From the human T2T-CHM13v2.0 reference genome, Homo sapiens, in the NCBI RefSeq assembly GCF_009914755.1, contig NC_060939.1: a stretch of 64,000 nucleotides of DNA. One strand, given 5' to 3'. The stretch's first letter is position 1. The number at the start of each line of letters is the position of its first letter. Of the stretch, positions 59,201-64,000 are shown piece by piece. Below the pieces are notes generated by a model. It was not told where the DNA came from. It did not search any database and saw only the letters and a list, made by a program, of their open reading frames with translations. The translations under genes and the position numbers were made by a program.

Positions 59201-60372
59201 TTCCATTCCATTCCCTTTCATTCCATTCCATTTGATATCAATCCATTCGATTCCATTCCATTCGAGCACATTCCATTCGAGTCCATTCCATTCGATGCCA
59301 TTCCATTTGATTCTATTCCATTAGTCTCCATTCAATTCCATTAATCTCCATTCCATTCCATTCTACTCCAACTGATTCCATTCCATTCTATTCCTTTCCA
59401 TTCCATTTCATTCCATTCCATTCCATTTCATTCCATTCCATTCCATTCGTGTCCATTCCACTCCAGTCCATTCCATTCGTGTCCATTCCATTCCAGTCCA
59501 TTCCATTTGTGTCCACTGCATTCCATTCCACTCCATTCCATATTATTCCATTACACTCCATTCCATTCTATTACTTTCATTTCCATTCAATTCCATTCCA
59601 TTTGATTCCATTCCACTCGGTTTCATTCCATTTGAGTCCACTCCATTCCATTCCATTAAATTCCATTCAGTTCCATTCCATTCCGTTCCATTCCATTCCA
59701 TTCCATTCCTGTCCATTCCACTCCAGTCCATTCCATTCGTATCCATTCCATTCCAGTCCATTCCATTTGTGTCCACTGCATTCCATTCCACTCCATTCCA
59801 TATTATTCCATTACACTCCATTCCATTCTATTACTTTCATTTCCATTCAATTCCATTCCATTTGATTCCATTCCACTCGGTTTCATTCCATTTGAGTCCA
59901 CTCCATTCCATTCCATTCCATTCAGTTCCATTCCATTCTGTTCCATTCCATTCCGTTCCATTACATTCCATTCCATTCGGTACCATTCCATATTGTTCCA
60001 TTCGATTCCATTCGAATCCATTCCATTCCAGTCCATTCCATTCGATTCCATTCCATTCATTTCAATTCCATTCCATTCCATTCCATTACATTCCACTTGA
60101 TTCCTCTCCATTCCCTTCCACTGCATTCCGTTCGATTCCATTCCATTGCATTGCATTCCATTCCATTGGATTGCATTCCATTCGATTCCATTCCATTCGT
60201 ATCAATTACATAGCAATCCATTACATTCGAGTCTATTCTCTTCCGTTCCATTCGATTTCGTTCCAATCCATTCGATTCCATTCCATTCGATTCCATTCCA
60301 TACTATTGCATTCCATTCGATTACATTATATTCGAATAAGTTCCATTCAAGACCATTTCTTTTGAGTCCATT
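56279..60372 (+). repeat. Two 2047 bp variant units, each with a 260 bp internal tandem duplication
   Basis: The block GTGTCCATTCCACTCC...CATATTATT...TACTTTCATTT...CACTCGGTTT...CAGTTCC occurs twice per unit (starts 57402 and 57662; 59449 and 59709). 1808-1-20+260=2047. Confidence 0.92.
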
Positions 60373-63300
60373 CTATTTGAGTCCATTCCCTTTGATTCCA
60401 TAACATTTGAGTCCATTCAATTCCATTCCTTTCGTTTCCATTCCATTTGATGCCATTCCATTCAATTCTGTTCTACTCGACTCCAATACATTCAATTCCA
60501 TTCCATCCGATTCCATTACATTCTTTTCATTTCTTATCCATTTCAAGCCATTCCACTCCATTCCATTCCACTCGTTTCCTTTCCATTCGAGTCCATTCCT
60601 CTCCAGTCCATTCCGTTCAATCCATTCCATTCCAGTCCATTCCATTCGAGTCCGTTCCATTCCAGTCCATTCCATTCGAGTCAATTCCATTCCATTCGAT
60701 GTCTTTCCATAACGATCCATTCCATTCTATTCCTTTCGATTCCATTCCATTCTATTTCATTCCATTCGATTCCCTTCCATTGGACTCCTTTCCATTTGAG
60801 TGCATTCCATTCCGTTCCATTTCTTTCCGTTCTGTACGATTCCTACCGTTCGATTTCATTTTGTTCCAGTCCATTCTTTCGCGTCCATTCATTCCATTTC
60901 ACTCCATTCGATTCCATTCCACTCGATTCCACTTCGTTCCATTTCATTGCATTCCATTCTATTCAACTCTATTGCCTTCCATTCCATTCCATTCGATTAC
61001 ATTCCATGCGATTCCATTCGAAATCGAATCAATTACATTGCAATCCATTACTATTGAGTCCGATTTATTCCAGTCCACTGCATTCTGGTCCATTCCATTT
61101 GATTCCATTCCATTCTATTCCATTCCATACAGTTGCATTCCATTGGATTCCATGCTATATCTATAAATTCAATTCGAGACCATTGCTTTTGAGTCCATTC
61201 TATATGATTCCATTCCATTCAAGTCCATTACATTTGGTTCAATTCCATTCCATTCCATTCCCTTCCATTCCATTCCATTTGATATCAATCCATTCGATTC
61301 CATTCCATTCGAGCACATTCCATTCGAGTCCATTCCATTCGATGCCATTCCATTTGATTCTATTCCATTAGTCTCCATTCAATTCCATTAATCTCCATTC
61401 CATTCCATTCTACTCCAACTGATTCCATTCCATTCTATTCCTTTCCATTCCATTTCATTCCATTCCATTCCATTTCATTCCATTCCATTCCATTCGTGTC
61501 CATTCCACTCCAGTCCATTCCATTCGTGTCCATTCCATTCCAGTCCATTCCATTTGTGTCCACTGCATTCCATTCCACTCCATTCCATATTATTCCATTA
61601 CACTCCATTCCATTCTATTACTTTCATTTCCATTCAATTCCATTCCATTTGATTCCATTCCACTCGGTTTCATTCCATTTGAGTCCACTCCATTCCATTC
61701 CATTAAATTCCATTCAGTTCCATTCCATTCCGTTCCATTACATTCCATTCCATTCGGTACCATTCCATATTGTTCCATTCGATTCCATTCGAATCCATTC
61801 CATTCCAGTCCATTCCATTCGATTCCATTCCATTCATTTCAATTCCATTCCATTCCATTCCATTCCATTCCACTTGATTCCTCTCCATTCCCTTCCACTG
61901 CATTCCGTTCGATTCCATTCCATTGCATTGCATTCCATTCCATTGGATTGCATTCCATTCGATTCCATTCCATTCGAATCAATTACATAGCAATCCATTA
62001 CATTCGAGTCTATTCTCTTCCGTTCCATTCGATTTCGTTCCAATCCATTCGATTCCATTCCATTCGATTCCATTCCATACTATTGCATTCCATTCGATTA
62101 CATTATATTCGAATAAGTTCCATTCAAGACCATTTCTTTTGAGTCCATTCTATTTGAGTCCATTCCCTTTGATTCCATAACATTTGAGTCCATTCAATTC
62201 CATTCCTTTCGTTTCCATTCCATTTGATGCCATTCCATTCAATTCTGTTCTACTCGACTCCAATACATTCAATTCCATTCCATCCGATTCCATTACATTC
62301 TTTTCATTTCTTATCCATTTCAAGCCATTCCACTCCATTCCATTCCACTCGTTTCCTTTCCATTCGAGTCCATTCCTCTCCAGTCCATTCCGTTCAATCC
62401 ATTCCATTCCAGTCCATTCCATTCGAGTCCGTTCCATTCCAGTCCATTCCATTCGAGTCAATTCCATTCCATTCGATGTCTTTCCATAACGATCCATTCC
62501 ATTCTATTCCTTTCGATTCCATTCCATTCTATTTCATTCCATTCGATTCCCTTCCATTGGACTCCTTTCCATTCGAGTGCATTCCATTCCGTTCCATTTC
62601 TTTCCGTTCTGTACGATTCCTACCGTTCGATTTCATTTTGTTCCAGTCCATTCTTTCGCGTCCATTCCATTCCATTTCACTCCATTCGATTCCATTCCAC
62701 TCGATTCCACTTCGTTCCATTTCATTGCATTCCATTCTATTCAACTCTATTGCCTTCCATTCCATTCCATTCGATTACATTCCATGCGATTCCATTCGAA
62801 ATCGAATCAATTACATTGCAATCCATTACTATTGAGTCCGTTTTATTCCAGTCCACTGCATTCTGGTCCATTCCATTTGATTCCATTCCATTCTATTCCA
62901 TTCCATACAGTTGCATTCCATTGGATTCCATGCTATATCTATAAATTCAATTCGAGACCATTGCTTTTGAGTCCATTCTATATGATTCCATTCCATTCAA
63001 GTCCATTACATTTGGTTAAATTCCATTCCATTCGGTTCAATTCCATTCCATTCCATTCCCTTCCATTCCATTCCAGTTGATATCAATCCATTCGATTCCA
63101 TTCCATTCGAGCACATTCCATTCGAGTCCATTCCATTCGATGCCATTCCATTTGATTCTATTCCATTAGTCTCCATTCAATTCCATTAATCTCCATTCCA
63201 TTCCATTCTACTCCAACTGATTCCATTCCATTCTATTCCTTTCCATTCCATTTCATTCCATTCCATTCCATTCCATTCCATTCCATTCGTGTCCATTCCA

Positions 63301-64000
63301 CTCCAGTCCATTCCATTCGTATCCATTCCATTCCAGTCCATTCCATTTGTGTCCACTGCATTCCATTCCACTCCATTCCATATTATTCCATTACACTCCA
63401 TTCCATTCTATTACTTTCATTTCCATTCAATTCCATTCCATTTGATTCCATTCCACTCGGTTTCATTCCATTTGAGTCCACTCCATTCCATTCCATTCCA
63501 TTCAGTTCCATTCCATTCTGTTCCATTCCATTCCGTTCCATTACATTCCATTCCATTCGGTACCATTCCATATTGTTCCATTCGATTCCATTCGAATCCA
63601 TTCCATTCCAGTCCATTCCATTCGATTCCATTCCATTCATTTCAATTCCATTCCATTCCATTCCATTACATTCCACTTGATTCCTCTCCATTCCCTTCCA
63701 CTGCATTCCATTCGATTCCATTCCATTGCATTGCATTCCATTCCATTGGATTGCATTCCATTCGATTCCATTCCATTCGAATCAATTACATAGCAATCCA
63801 TTACATTCGAGTCTATTCTCTTCCATTCCATTCGATTTCGTTCCAATCCATTCGATTCCATTCCATTCGATTCCATTCCATACTATTGCATTCCATTCGA
63901 TTACATTATATTCGAATAAGTTCCATTCAAGACCATTTCTTTTGAGTCCATTCTATTTGAGTCCATTCCCTTTGATTCCATAACATTTGAGTCCATTCAA

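Larger units (their letters stand above)
346..63952 (+). repeat. D15Z1: 35 complete ~1.8 kb tandem units; probable D15Z1 / HSat3A5 (chr15p) 1.8 kb KpnI family
   Basis: Unit lengths from anchor spacing: 1808,1808,1808,1788,1814,1808,1808,1808,1814,1808,1814,1808,1808,1808,1793,1814,1788,1809,1808,1788,1804,1813,1788,1804,1808,1799,1793,1804,1808,1789,1813,2047,2047,1777,1803. One GGTACC per unit. D15Z1 is known as a 1.8 kb KpnI satellite III repeat. The periodicity is seen directly; the family name is inference. Confidence 0.75.
1..64000 (+). repeat. Human Satellite III (HSat3)-type (CATTC)n array, CATTC strand on +, spanning the entire window
   Basis: Continuous degenerate CATTC pentamers (CATTC, GATTC, CAGTC, GAGTC, CACTC variants) with long CATTCCATTC runs. 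It lacks the CATTCGATGATG-type spacers typical of HSat2. No orientation switch or unique sequence seen. Confidence 0.97.

Noticed and set aside
30-63983. Hundreds of ORFs of 61-298 aa (IPFHS- and MEWNG-repeat peptides)
   Set aside because: They are translations of a stop-free pentamer, open in several frames on both strands, and are lengthened or broken at random by unit indels. There are no recognisable domains, and many starts are non-ATG.
1-64000. CRISPR-like or repeat-spacer array interpretation
   Set aside because: There are no unique spacers and no cas genes; the sequence between landmarks is itself near-identical from unit to unit.
1-64000. DYZ1 (Yq HSat3) or HSat2 (chr1 ~1.8 kb) assignment
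   Set aside because: DYZ1 has a ~3.5 kb unit, whereas here the base unit is 1.8 kb and the 3622 bp period is only a local duplication. HSat2-type GATGAT spacers are absent.
1-64000. Embedded mobile element, inversion or foreign insert
   Set aside because: None seen. Anchor spacings are fully explained by 1, 5, 10, 20 and 260 bp indels of satellite sequence, and no GAATG-strand tract appears on +.

Overview
The whole 64 kb window is one uninterrupted, single-orientation (CATTC)n/(GAATG)n satellite array. It is human Satellite III (HSat3)-type pericentromeric heterochromatin, organised as about 35 head-to-tail, nearly identical ~1.8 kb units (modal length 1808 bp, range 1777-2047 bp). Each unit carries one KpnI and one EcoRV site. 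A 1.8 kb KpnI unit of satellite III matches the classical description of D15Z1 on chr15p (HSat3A5); this chromosome assignment is inferred, not searched. There are no credible genes: all listed ORFs (IPFHS/MEWNG repeats) are translations of the pentamer. I saw no transposon, inversion or unique-sequence insertion, and I found no evidence for a new gene-encoded system. The interest lies in the architecture. The 1.8 kb unit is itself an old diverged dimer (828+980 bp). Diagnostic SNPs and indels group the units into locally changing higher-order repeats: 5-unit ~9.0 kb, 2-unit 3.6 kb, 3/6-unit 5.4/10.8 kb and 4-unit 7.2 kb. A newly formed 2047 bp unit with a 260 bp internal duplication has already been copied once. 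Unit labels U1-U35 use the left coordinate of the recurring 115-aa minus-strand ORF as anchor (346, 2154, 3962, 5770, 7558, 9372, 11180, 12988, 14796, 16610, 18418, 20232, 22040, 23848, 25656, 27449, 29263, 31051, 32860, 34668, 36456, 38260, 40073, 41861, 43665, 45473, 47272, 49065, 50869, 52677, 54466, 56279, 58326, 60373, 62150). Variant calls were made by eye and need confirmation by alignment.
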